The notes under the pieces: generated by a model
Seen by the model: the letters and a program-made list of their open reading frames with translations, nothing else
Databases searched by the model: none
Told to the model about the DNA's origin: nothing
NCBI GenBank assembly: GCA_017467165.1
Contig: JAFTST010000051.1
Coordinates: 11,952-75,951, forward strand
Source: Clostridia bacterium
Lineage (GTDB): Bacteria; Bacillota; Clostridia; Oscillospirales; CAG-272
Length of the DNA stretch: 64,000 nt
Reading direction: 5' to 3'
Translations under genes and position numbers: made by a program
Shown here: positions 1-11,895 of the stretch, in pieces
Numbering within the stretch: the stretch's first letter is position 1
How the letters are laid out: each line of letters starts with the position of its first letter

Positions 1-112
1 AGTAAGGCGCATTTTCGGAAAATATCCAACGACGAAAAAAGTATATTCTCTGCATCTTGGAGATACGCTTGACGTCTAGAGTCAGAGGCTCTTTCTCAAA
101 ATTCAGAAAAAC

Positions 113-160
113 GCGAGGTAGAATAGCTTTTCTGCCTCGCTTATCTTTTTATTCGGTTTT
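113..160 (+). terminator. Rho-independent terminator of an upstream, off-window gene
   Basis: 10-bp stem GCGAGGTAGA / TCTGCCTCGC (113-122 with 131-140, one G-T pair), followed by the T-rich tract TTATCTTTTTATTCGGTTTTTT. Confidence 0.65.
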
Positions 161-163
161 TTA

Positions 164-192
164 TTGACTAATCGCTCAATATATGCTATAAT
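164..192 (+). promoter_or_regulatory. Sigma-A type promoter upstream of alaS
   Basis: TTGACT (164-169), a 17-nt spacer, then TATAAT (187-192). It lies 44 nt upstream of the alaS ATG. Confidence 0.55.
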
Positions 193-235
193 CTTGCTTT
201 GGAAAAATATTTTAAAATTAAATTGGAGAAAAACA

Positions 236-2857
236 ATGAAGTGGACTTCACTCAATGACCTCAGAGAGAGCTTTCTCTCCTTCTTCGAGAGCAAGGGACA
301 TCACAGACTCCCCAGCTTTTCTCTTATTCCCAACAATGATAAATCGCTTCTTCTGATAAATTCGGGTATGGCGCCTATGAAAAAGTTTTTCACAGGCGAG
401 GAAACTCCCCCCAGCAAGAGAGTATGCACCTGCCAGAAGTGTATAAGAACGCCCGACCTCGAGAGAGTCGGACATACCGCGCGTCACGGCACATACTTCG
501 AGATGCTCGGTAACTTCTCCTTCGGCGACTACTTCAAGGAGGAGGCTATTCCGTGGGCTTGGGAATTTCTCACCGTGACCCTTGAGATTCCCGAAAACCT
601 GCTCTGGCCCTCGGTGTATGAGAAGGACGACGAGGCATACTCCATCTGGCGCGATAAGATTGGTGTGCCCGAGGAGCATATAGTCAGACTCGGCAAGGCG
701 GACAACTTCTGGGAGCACGGCTCGGGTCCCTGTGGCCCCTGCTCCGAGATATACTTCGACAGAGGAATAAAATACGGCTGTGGCTCACCCGACTGCAAGC
801 CGGGCTGTGACTGCGACAGATTCATGGAGATATGGAACAACGTATTCTCACAGTTTGACAACGACGGCAAGGGTAACTACACCGAGCTCGCTCAGAAAAA
901 TATCGACACGGGTATGTGACTTGAGCGTCTTGCCTGCGTTCTGCAGGGGGTTGACAATCTTTTCGAGGTTGACACCGTCAGACGAATCCTCGACACCGTG
1001 TGCGCCATAGCGGAAAAGACCTACGGCTCGGACAAGTCCGATGACGTTTCCATCCGTGTGGTCACCGACCATATAAGGAGCGCTACCTTCATGATTTCCG
1101 ACGGCGTTATCCCCTCCAACGAGGGCAGAGGCTACGTCCTTCGCCGTATCATTCGCCGCGCCTGCCGCCACGGCAAGCTGCTTGGCATCAACCGCAGCTT
1201 CCTTGAGGAGCTGTGCGAAATAGTTATCTCTCTGAATGAGAACGCGTATCCCGAGCTGAAAACCAAAAGGGAGTATATTCTAAAGGTTGTCAGACTTGAG
1301 GAGGAGCGCTTCAACGCTACCATCGACGCTGGTCTCGGTATTCTCTCGGGCATTATCACCGCCGCTGAGGCGGAGGGTAAGGATATCATCTCGGGTGACG
1401 ACGCCTTCAAGCTGTACGACACCTTCGGATTTCCTATCGACCTTGTCCGCGAGATTGCAGCCGAAAAATCCTTCAGCATAGACGAGGAGGCTTTCTCAAG
1501 GCTTATGAACGAGCAGAAGGCTCGCGCCAGAGCGGCGAGAGGTAACATCTCGGGCTGGGCAGACGGACAGGGCTCGCTGCTTGAGGGTATTCCGGCTACC
1601 GAGTTTCTCGGATATACCGAAAGCTCCTGCGAGGCTAAGGTTGTAGCTATCATCTCCGACGGAGAGAGAGTTGACACGCTTAATGAGGGCGAGTGCTCGG
1701 TTATCTTCGACCGCACCGTATTCTACGGAGAGGGCGGCGGACAGGTCGGCGACAGCGGCGAGGGAAAGAGCTCCGAGGTCAGCTTCTCCGTGCTCGATAC
1801 CAAGAAAACAAGCGGAATATATATCCACGAAATTAAGATAGAAAGCGGCAAGCTCTCGGTCGGCGACACCGTTACCCTCGCTATCGATAAGACAAGACGA
1901 GAGGCTATCGAAAGAAATCACTCGGCGTGCCATCTTCTTCAGGCGGCGCTCCGCTCCGTACTCGGAAATCACGTCGAGCAGGCAGGCTCCTACGTCGACG
2001 AGAACAGAGTCCGCTTTGACTTCACTCACCTTTCTGCCCTGACCGAGGACGAGCTTTCGAGGGTCGAGGCTATAGTTAATAAAAATATACTCCTGGCAGA
2101 GGAAAGCTGCATCACCGTTACCGATATGGCTACCGCCAAGCTGATGGGCGCTATGGCGCTATTTGGCGAGAAGTACGGAAACGAGGTAAGGGTTGTCAGA
2201 ATGGGTATGTCCTCCGTAGAGCTCTGCGGCGGTACTCACGTTTCCAACACGGGAAATATCGGTCTATTTAAAATCATATCCGAGACCTCGGTTGCCGCAG
2301 GTGTCAGAAGAATAGAGGCTACCACGGGACTTGGAGTTATAGCCCTGCTCAACGAGAAGCAGGAGCTTATCAACGAGTGCGCCCGCGAGCTGAAATCCCC
2401 CAACCCCAACAATATAGCCAAAAAGGCTCAGTCCGTGCAGACTGAGCTGAAGGAAGTAAGGCGCGAGCTCGACAGCCTCAACGCCAAGGTTGCAGAAATG
2501 AAGGCTGAGAGCCTTCTTGACGGAATGAAGACTATCGGCAGCTTCAGAGTACTGACAGCCAAGGTAGAGATGAAGCCCGACGCGGCAAGAGCGCTCACCG
2601 ACACCGTCAAGGCTAAATATCCCGACGGCGTGGCTATTCTCGCGGTAGTATTCGAAGGAAGGCTCAACTTCGTTGCCGCGGCAGGAAAGGACGCCGTAGC
2701 AGGCGGTGTGCACTGCGGAAATATTCTGCGCGAGGTTTCTGCTGTGACAGGCGGAAAGGGAGGCGGAAGACCCGACAGCGCTATGAGTGGCGGCAGAGAT
2801 ATCGATAAGATTGACGCGGCTCTGGCACGCGCTGTTGAGATTATCTCGGCGCTTTAA
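236..2857 (+). CDS. alaS: Alanine--tRNA ligase, interrupted by an in-frame TGA at 917-919
   Basis: ORFs 164..919 and 998..2857 are in the same frame. The translation reads ...[26 protein letters not shown]..., where AlaRS proteins have the universal DTGMGLER motif. Other class II AlaRS hallmarks are present (FTNSGM-like [11 protein letters not shown], and the C-terminal DHHA1-like GGKGGGRPD). A GGAGA RBS precedes the ATG at 236. Confidence 0.9.
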
Positions 2858-2870
2858 TTTAGTCTAAACC

Positions 2871-2903
2871 AAAAAGAGAGATGCTACGGCATCTCTCTTT
2901 TTC
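2871..2903. terminator. Bidirectional intrinsic terminator between alaS and a convergent small gene
   Basis: AAAAAGAGAGATGC tacg GCATCTCTCTTTTT is a perfect hairpin flanked by an A-tract and a T-tract. Confidence 0.8.
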
Positions 2904-2917
2904 TATAAATACACTCT

Positions 2918-3325
2918 TTAATTGATAAGCCCGTCCAAAACTCCGCTTATTGATACGAAGAGCGAAAACGCGCTGAAAACGAAGCCTACTATACCGACGA
3001 TAAGTCCGAAAACCGACATTTTGTCAAAATATCCGAGCTTTTTTCTCGATATAAGCGCGAAAACAACAGCGCCTACTGCTAAGGGAAAGGACACGTACCA
3101 GAAGGCGCAGAGCGCCACCGACAGCACAGACAGAGCCAGCGACAGAAGCGACCAACCCATAGACCTCTCCTTGGGCGAGGCGGGAAGGTCGTAGTATTCT
3201 ACCTCTTCTTTATAGGAGCCTTCCTTTTGGTCGGTATATTCCTCGTAGTCTATCTCGTCATTCTCCGGAGCCTCATCGGGCAGACTCTTCGGCAGATTAT
3301 CGTTTTCGTCAAAGCTACCTCTCAT
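2918..3325 (-). CDS. Small membrane protein with an acidic N-terminus and two C-terminal TM helices (DUF4190-like architecture)
   Basis: I chose the internal Met (MRGSFDEND...) because a GGAAGGAAAG RBS precedes it. The C-terminal half, WSLLSLALSVLSVALCAFWYVSFPLAVGAVVFALISRKK...GLIVGIVGFVFSAFSLFVSI, is hydrophobic. Confidence 0.6.
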   Translation of the reverse strand: MRGSFDENDNLPKSLPDEAPENDEIDYEEYTDQKEGSYKEEVEYYDLPASPKERSMGWSLLSLALSVLSVALCAFWYVSFPLAVGAVVFALISRKKLGYFDKMSVFGLIVGIVGFVFSAFSLFVSISGVLDGLIN

Positions 3326-3466
3326 ACTGCTTTCCTTCCTTTCTATATATAACGCGCGCATATATCCGACCTCGCGCGAGCTAACTATATTATATATCAC
3401 AATTTCAAAAAAAGCAACGAATAATTTAATTTCGCCGACAAATACTAGAAAAAAAGAGGTGAAAAA

Positions 3467-3925
3467 ATGAAGCAACTGACAAAAAACGAAAAGCTCGAGA
3501 TTATCAAGCGCCACACTCCAAAGAGTAAAACCTTAAGAAACTGTATATTAGCAGGGCTTATCGGGGGTACTATCTGCCTTGTGGCAGAGCTGTCGAGAAG
3601 GCTTTATCTCTACCTCGGTGTGAATAAGGACGACTCTACCCTGCTCGCCTCGCTGACTATAATTCTTCTGAGCGGACTTGCAACAGCGCTTGGCTTTTTC
3701 GACCGTATCGGAAGACACGCAGGAGCGGGAACCTTGGTGCCCATCAGCGGCTTTTCCAACTCTGTGGTATCGGGCGCTATCGACTCGCAGAGCGAGGGCT
3801 ATATATCGGGAGTCGGAATCAAGATTTTCTCGGTGGCTGGTCCCGTTATACTGTACGCTACGGTTTCGGGGGTAATCTACGGCCTTATTATATATATTAT
3901 AGGTGGAATTTCGGCTGTTATCTGA
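3467..3925 (+). CDS. spoVAC: Stage V sporulation protein AC
   Basis: A 152-aa polytopic membrane protein with the GAGTLVPISGFSNSVV motif typical of SpoVAC. It is followed by spoVAD and spoVAE. An RBS AGAGGTGA is present. Confidence 0.85.
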   Translation: MKQLTKNEKLEIIKRHTPKSKTLRNCILAGLIGGTICLVAELSRRLYLYLGVNKDDSTLLASLTIILLSGLATALGFFDRIGRHAGAGTLVPISGFSNSVVSGAIDSQSEGYISGVGIKIFSVAGPVILYATVSGVIYGLIIYIIGGISAVI

Positions 3926-4003
3926 CGCTTTTTCGGACGAAAAAGCAAACTTCGGTTTTCAAATCAAGGCTTCAAAAAATAAAATAAAGGTTTACATTAG
4001 CAA

Positions 4004-5032
4004 GTGAAAAGATTGATAAAATTAACCACGCCTGCCACCATTCGCTCATATTCTGCGGTTGGCGGCTACGAGGAGGGACGGGGACCTCTCGGAAAAAGCT
4101 TCGACCACATAGACGAGGGGTGTCTTTTCGGTAAGGACACCTGGGAGAAGGCAGAGGCGGAGATGTCGCGCACCTCGTTAAATCTCGCCCTGGCAAAGGC
4201 ATCTCTCAGTCATACTGAGCTCGACCTTATCGTCGCGGGCGACCTGCAGAATCAGTGCGTAGCCTCGGCTATCGGACTTTCCTCATTCGGTACGGGGTAT
4301 CTCGGAATATATGGCGCCTGCTCCTCCTGTGCCGAGGGACTCGTTATAGCTTCAAGCCTTCTGTCACAGGAGGGTGGAAGAGCGGCTGTCGTCACCTCAA
4401 GCCACAACAGCGCGGCTGAAAGACAGTTTCGTATGCCCGTGGAGTACGGCGGTCAGAGAACCCCCTCGGCAGGCTGGACCTCTACTGCCGCGGCGTCATT
4501 CATTCTTGAGGCCGAGGGCTCTTTGGGTGAGGTGTGCATATCAAACTGTCTTATCGGCAGAATGATAGACGGAGCGACCACAGACGGCTCTAATCTTGGC
4601 GGCGCTATGGCATTCGCCGCGCTCGACAGCATTCTCACCTATTTTGAGCTGAGCGGAGAGTCGGCCAGCGAGTTCGACTATATCGTCACGGGTGACCTTG
4701 GAAAGGTAGGCTCTCTCGTTCTCGGAGAGCTTCTCTCTGATGCTCTGCCCGCCGCAGCTCCCCGTCACGTTGACTGCGGAAACATTCTCTACGGAGGGCA
4801 GTGCGACGTACACGGCGGAGCGAGCGGCTGTGGCACCTCAGCGGCGGTTCTGGCTACCCATTTTCTCCCGAAGCTCCACTCGGGCGAGCTGTCGAATATA
4901 TTATTCTTCTCAACTGGCGCTCTGATGTCGCCCTCCTCTCTGCTGCAGGGAGAGAGCATTATCGGAATTGCCCACGGAGTTAAAATATCAAGGACGGATT
5001 TTCTGTCAAGAGAAAGGAGCTCTGGAGTATGA
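4004..5032 (+). CDS. spoVAD: Stage V sporulation protein AD (thiolase / beta-ketoacyl-synthase-like fold)
   Basis: 342 aa with a GTG start. It contains SpoVAD-like segments (GVGGYEEGRGPLGKSFD, GIYGACSS, SSHNSAAERQFRMPVEYGGQR) and sits between spoVAC and spoVAE. Confidence 0.85.
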   Translation: MKRLIKLTTPATIRSYSAVGGYEEGRGPLGKSFDHIDEGCLFGKDTWEKAEAEMSRTSLNLALAKASLSHTELDLIVAGDLQNQCVASAIGLSSFGTGYLGIYGACSSCAEGLVIASSLLSQEGGRAAVVTSSHNSAAERQFRMPVEYGGQRTPSAGWTSTAAASFILEAEGSLGEVCISNCLIGRMIDGATTDGSNLGGAMAFAALDSILTYFELSGESASEFDYIVTGDLGKVGSLVLGELLSDALPAAAPRHVDCGNILYGGQCDVHGGASGCGTSAAVLATHFLPKLHSGELSNILFFSTGALMSPSSLLQGESIIGIAHGVKISRTDFLSRERSSGV

Positions 5033-5388
5033 GCCTGGTTCTGACCTTCACCGTAGGGGCTGTGTGCTGTATAATTGCCCAGCTTCTTATCGACCTCACA
5101 GCCCTGACCCCCGCGAAAATTCTTGTAGGCTACGTCTGCGCAGGAGTTGCTCTTTTCGCCCTGGGAATATACGAGCCGCTTTTCGAGGTCGCAGGCTGTG
5201 GAATTTCCGTGCCTCTTTTCGGCTTCGGCGCGGCTATGGCGAGAGGTGTCAGAGAGGCTGTTGCCGAAAGCGGAGCTATCGGTATTCTCACCGGCGGTCT
5301 ATCCGCTACGGCAGGCGGAATAACCGCGGCTCTCTTTCTCGGTTTTTTTCTCTCCTTATTCTTTCGCGGACGGGAAAAGCGAATGTGA
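5029..5388 (+). CDS. spoVAE: Stage V sporulation protein AE (SpoVAEB-type)
   Basis: A 119-aa membrane protein with an ATGA start/stop overlap with spoVAD. The motif GCGISVPLFGFGAAMARG is typical of SpoVAE. Confidence 0.8.
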   Translation: MSLVLTFTVGAVCCIIAQLLIDLTALTPAKILVGYVCAGVALFALGIYEPLFEVAGCGISVPLFGFGAAMARGVREAVAESGAIGILTGGLSATAGGITAALFLGFFLSLFFRGREKRM

Positions 5389-5464
5389 CTCCACTCCCCC
5401 GATAATCCCACCTGCACATCACTATCAGATAGCGGTATTTCCCAAAAATCCCTACTTTCCTCCC

Positions 5465-5489
5465 GCCCGTCGCCCGACGGGCTTTTTTC
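5465..5489 (+). terminator. Intrinsic terminator after the spoVA operon
   Basis: GC stem GCCCGTC / GACGGGC followed by TTTTTT. Confidence 0.7.
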
Positions 5490-5534
5490 CCTGATAAAAG
5501 TATGCCGTTTTCCTATATTTTTCCGTTGCCGTAC

Positions 5535-5563
5535 TTGATTTTTAAATATTTATATGATATAAT
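5535..5563 (+). promoter_or_regulatory. Sigma-A type promoter upstream of dnaA
   Basis: TTGATT (5535-5540), a 17-nt AT-rich spacer, then TATAAT (5558-5563). Confidence 0.5.
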
Positions 5564-5699
5564 TTTGCTGATAAAGTATATTTATACGTGCGTGCGAGTC
5601 CGCGTGTGCGAGAGAGCGCGTGCGTGTGCGGCAATTCAAGCTTCACCTAACTTCACTCAGACAATCCGATTATTCTGAAAAAAGAGGTGAAAATTCAGT

Positions 5700-7115
5700 A
5701 TGAAAGGAAAGAATATGGACGAGTTTTCTCAAATTATGCAGGACGTTCTGAATGAAATCAAGAGCACCCTTGACACCGCTCCCTCGAGCTTCAAGCTCTG
5801 GTTTGGCGAGCTGAGGCTTGTCGCTCTTGACGACAGCTCCGCAACATTCGTTACCACCACAGACTTAAAGAAAAATATTCTGAACAATAAGTATAAGGAT
5901 ATAATAACTCTATGTCTTAAAAACACTATCGGCTTCGAGGTCAGAGTAACCATTCTCTCCGAGGACGAGTACAGTAGCTCAGAGCCGAATGACAGAGAGG
6001 TCGCTCCCAAGGCTCCGGATACCGACAATCAGCGCAGGGAGCGCGACAGAGAGGACGAGAGGACCATAACCGAGATTATCAACAACCCCTCGGTAGCGGG
6101 CACGGTTATCGAAAACTACACCTTCGACAACTTCGTCGAGGGCTCGTCGAACAAATTCGCCAAGGCTGCCTGCTTCGCTGTGGCTCAGGAGCCGAATACA
6201 TACAACCCGCTTTTCATATACGGTCACTCCGGACTCGGCAAGACGCATCTTCTCTATGCCGTTATCAACTATATGAAAAAGCATCATCCCTCCTTGAAAA
6301 TAGTCTATAAGAAGTGCGAGGGCTTCCTCGAGGAGCTTATAGCGGCTATCAAGAAGGGCTCTACGGCGGAATTCAAGGAGAAATACAGGAAGGCGGACGT
6401 TCTCCTTATCGACGATATACAGTTTCTCGCAGGAAAGGAGCAGACGCAGGAGGAGTTCTTCCACACCTTCTCGGCTCTGTATGAGAACGATAAGCAGATA
6501 ATCCTCACCTCAGACCGTCCTCCGAAGGAGATTGAGCCCCTGTCGGACAGGCTCCGCACCAGATTCGAGGGCGGACTTCTCGCCGACGTTCAGCCGCCGT
6601 CCTTCGAGTTGCGTATAGCTATAATCAAGAAGAAGGCGGATAATATGGGACTCACCATCTCCAACGAGATTATAGAGTACCTCGCAGAAAGACTGCACAA
6701 CAATATAAGACAGATTGAGGGTGTTCTGAAAAAGCTCTTCGCTCTGACCTCTCTGACCTCGACAGAGGTTACCAAGGAGAAGGTCGACGAGGTTATCTCA
6801 ATTATCGACCCGGGCAACATTCCCACCGAGGCTCTGGTCGAGAAGATACTTCTCGCTGTCGGAAAATCCTTCGGCGTCACGGTCGAGGACCTCAAGTCGA
6901 AGAAAAAGACCAACAACATAGCGAATGCGCGCCACGTCGCCATATACGTTATCAAGAAGCTCACAGAGCTCACCCTTCAGGAAATAGGCAGCATCTTCGG
7001 AAGAAACCACTCCACCGTTTCCTACTCTCTTGAAATCGCCGAGAGAAATATACGCACCGTCAATAACTACGACGCGCAGATAAAGCAGATTATCAAGGAG
7101 GTTAAGGGAGAATAA
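5700..7115 (+). CDS. dnaA: Chromosomal replication initiator protein DnaA
   Basis: AAA+ Walker A GHSGLGKTHLL, Walker B LLIDDIQF and sensor LTSDRPP are present. The C-terminal DNA-binding helix region is ARHVAIYVIKKLTELTLQEIGSIFGRNHSTV. An AGAGGTGA RBS is present. Confidence 0.97.
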   Translation: MKGKNMDEFSQIMQDVLNEIKSTLDTAPSSFKLWFGELRLVALDDSSATFVTTTDLKKNILNNKYKDIITLCLKNTIGFEVRVTILSEDEYSSSEPNDREVAPKAPDTDNQRRERDREDERTITEIINNPSVAGTVIENYTFDNFVEGSSNKFAKAACFAVAQEPNTYNPLFIYGHSGLGKTHLLYAVINYMKKHHPSLKIVYKKCEGFLEELIAAIKKGSTAEFKEKYRKADVLLIDDIQFLAGKEQTQEEFFHTFSALYENDKQIILTSDRPPKEIEPLSDRLRTRFEGGLLADVQPPSFELRIAIIKKKADNMGLTISNEIIEYLAERLHNNIRQIEGVLKKLFALTSLTSTEVTKEKVDEVISIIDPGNIPTEALVEKILLAVGKSFGVTVEDLKSKKKTNNIANARHVAIYVIKKLTELTLQEIGSIFGRNHSTVSYSLEIAERNIRTVNNYDAQIKQIIKEVKGE

Positions 7116-7405
7116 TTTGACAAATCCTCGTCGAAATGTCAAAAACAAGCTGTCGGTGCGCTGCCCGGAAATCGGTTGAAATCTATCGAATTTTTCAAGA
7201 CGGACAAACTGACAGCCCACAGTCGAATTCTGAAGCTGAGTTTTCCTATGAAGCATAAGGGTTTTCAGAGCTTCTCGACAAACTGACAGCCCCTACAACA
7301 ATAATAACAACCAATAATAAGATTTATTTTCCCATCTCCCTCTCGGGAGAGCGCGGCAAATAGGCGATACGGAACGAAATTATCCATACTGAAAAGGAGA
7401 AGAAA

Positions 7406-8563
7406 ATGAAATTTATAGTAAGCAAGCAGGAGCTTCTCAAAAAGCTGACACCCGCTATGGGCTCAATTTCCACCAAAAATACAGTACCCGCTATCGAGGG
7501 CGTTCTTATTGAAACGCTTGAAAACGGTCTTATACAGATTTCCACCTACGATATGACCAAGGGCTTCAGAGCCACCGTTCCTCCCGTTTCGATTGAGCGC
7601 GAGGGCAGATTCATCATCAACGCGCAGCGACTCTATCAGACCGTGAGGGTTATGCCCGACGACGACATCACCTTCGATATCAAGGACAACCTCAGCTGTG
7701 AGATATACAGCGGTCGCTCCTCCTTCACTATGATAGCTCAGAGGGGCGCGGATTTTCCAAATCTGCCCGACCTTGTAACCGAGAGGGGCTTCACCGTCGG
7801 AGCGGACAACCTCAGAAAAATGATTCAGAAGGTCAGCCACTCGGTAGCAACTCAGGACAACAGACCTATGCTCTGCGGAGCTTATTTCAAGATATACGAG
7901 GGCGGATTTGAGGTAGTGTCCTGCGACAGCCACCGCCTTTCCAAGTGTACCCTCACCTGCGATATCGGCTCTCTGGCTGATGACGGAGGAAAGGATTATT
8001 CCTTCATCATACCCGGTCACGCGCTCGGCGAGCTGACGAAAATTCTCTCCGAGGGCAAGGACGAGGAGGTCAGAATGTACCTCTCGAGAAAGCACGCCAT
8101 AGTCAACAAGGGTGACGTTACCTTCTTCTCGAGACTTATAGACAGCGAGTATATCGCCTATAACAGAATTATACCCCAGCGCAACGATATAGTAGTCAAC
8201 GTCGACAGAGAGCGCTTCCTCACAGGACTCGAGAGAGCTAATATCATAGCCGAGGAAAAGGTGCAGAACTCGGGCAGAAGCTACGTTAAGCTTTCCATAG
8301 CCGGCCATTATCTCAACCTCACCTCGCTTTCCGCTAACGGCGGAGTCAACGACGAGATGGACTGCGTGCACGAGGGCGGCGATATTGAGATTGGCTTCAA
8401 CTGCCGCTTCCTTATCGACAGCGTCAAGGCGTCCGAGGGCGAGAATATAGTTATCAAGCTCCTTAACAGCGAGAGCCCCATTCTCATCGAGCCCTACGAG
8501 CCCGACGAGGAGTTCAGCTACGTATATATGATTCTCCCCGTTAAAATGAAGGATAAGCTATAA
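7406..8563 (+). CDS. dnaN: DNA polymerase III beta sliding clamp
   Basis: 385 aa beginning MKFIVSKQELLKKL..., with a canonical position after dnaA and an AAGGAGAAG RBS. Confidence 0.95.
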   Translation: MKFIVSKQELLKKLTPAMGSISTKNTVPAIEGVLIETLENGLIQISTYDMTKGFRATVPPVSIEREGRFIINAQRLYQTVRVMPDDDITFDIKDNLSCEIYSGRSSFTMIAQRGADFPNLPDLVTERGFTVGADNLRKMIQKVSHSVATQDNRPMLCGAYFKIYEGGFEVVSCDSHRLSKCTLTCDIGSLADDGGKDYSFIIPGHALGELTKILSEGKDEEVRMYLSRKHAIVNKGDVTFFSRLIDSEYIAYNRIIPQRNDIVVNVDRERFLTGLERANIIAEEKVQNSGRSYVKLSIAGHYLNLTSLSANGGVNDEMDCVHEGGDIEIGFNCRFLIDSVKASEGENIVIKLLNSESPILIEPYEPDEEFSYVYMILPVKMKDKL

Positions 8564-8566
8564 TAT

Positions 8567-9653
8567 ATGAAAATCAAAAGGTTCAGAGCGGAGAATTTCC
8601 GGAACATAGTATCCTGCGATATCCGTTTTGGTGACCGTGTGAATCTGTTGTACGGAAAAAACGCTCAGGGAAAAACCAACGCGGTTGAGGGGATATATCT
8701 TTTCTCCCGCGGAAGGTCCCATCGCACCCAGGATGACAAAGAAATGATACGCTTCGGCTCGGAGGGCTTTCGGATATCTATTGAGTACGAGAGCCTCGGC
8801 TCTGAGGGGGTGCTTGAGTACGCCTGCTTCGGTCGCGAGAGACTCAGAAAGAGAAACGGATATAAGATTTCGAAGGTCTCTGATATGGTCGGGGATTTCA
8901 AGTCCGTGCTCTTCTATCCCGACAATCTTGATTTGGTCAAGGGTGGTCCCGAGGAGCGCCGCGCCTTTCTGAACGTTGCAATATCACAGTGCTACCCCGC
9001 ATATATCACCGAATACTCGCGCTTCAAGAGCGCTCTCGAAAACAGGAACAGTATCCTGAAGGCGGCGTCGAAGGGTCAATACTTTGACAACGGCGAGCTT
9101 ATAGCCTGGTCGGAAACGATGGCGGAGTATGCCGCCTATATCCATAAGAAAAGACGGGATTATATAGACCTGCTTCGTCCCTACGTCAGAGATATAGGAC
9201 TCGAGCTTTCCTCCGGAGAGGAGGATATCCATATAGCCCTGAAGAGCGATATAGCCTCTCAGGACAGCGAGCTTCCCTCACTGAAGGCGGAATACAGAGA
9301 TATTTTCACCGGAAATCTCGATAAGGAGAGGCTGGTAGGCACGTCGCTGTACGGTCCGCAGAGGGACGATATACAGATAGATATATCAGGACAGCCCGCC
9401 AGAAGCTTCGCCTCACAGGGACAGCAGCGCTCGATAGTTCTGGCTCTCAAGCTCGCGGAGGGCGAGGTTATCCGCCGTCTTTTCGGCGAGTATCCCGTGT
9501 TTTTGTTCGACGACGTATTGAGCGAGCTTGACAGGACACGCAGACGCTTCGTTATCGAGGGAATGCGCGACAGACAGGTTATCATAACCTCCTGCGAGGG
9601 CGAGGATATCATAGACGGAGCAGATACGGTTATAGAGGTTTCGGGAGGCGAGT

Positions 9654-9673
<20 letters not shown>
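8567..9673 (+). CDS. recF: DNA replication/repair protein RecF
   Basis: N-terminal Walker A GKNAQGKTN, the SMC-like signature SQGQQRS, and Walker B FLFDDVLSELD. Its position after dnaN is canonical. Confidence 0.95.
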
Positions 9674-11878
<2,205 letters not shown>

Positions 11879-11895
11879 GAGGGGAGGGTGAAAAA

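Noticed and set aside
1-235. A T-box or other riboswitch leader upstream of alaS.
   Set aside because: The terminator at 113-160 belongs to the upstream gene. The promoter at 164-192 leaves only about 40 nt of leader, which is too short for a T-box.
917-919. The TGA in alaS read as glycine under an alternative genetic code (the code 25 type, UGA = Gly).
   Set aside because: TGA terminates several well-defined genes in this window (spoVAD, gyrA, rnj), with overlapping downstream starts. No other conserved gene contains an internal TGA. A genome-wide reassignment is therefore not supported.
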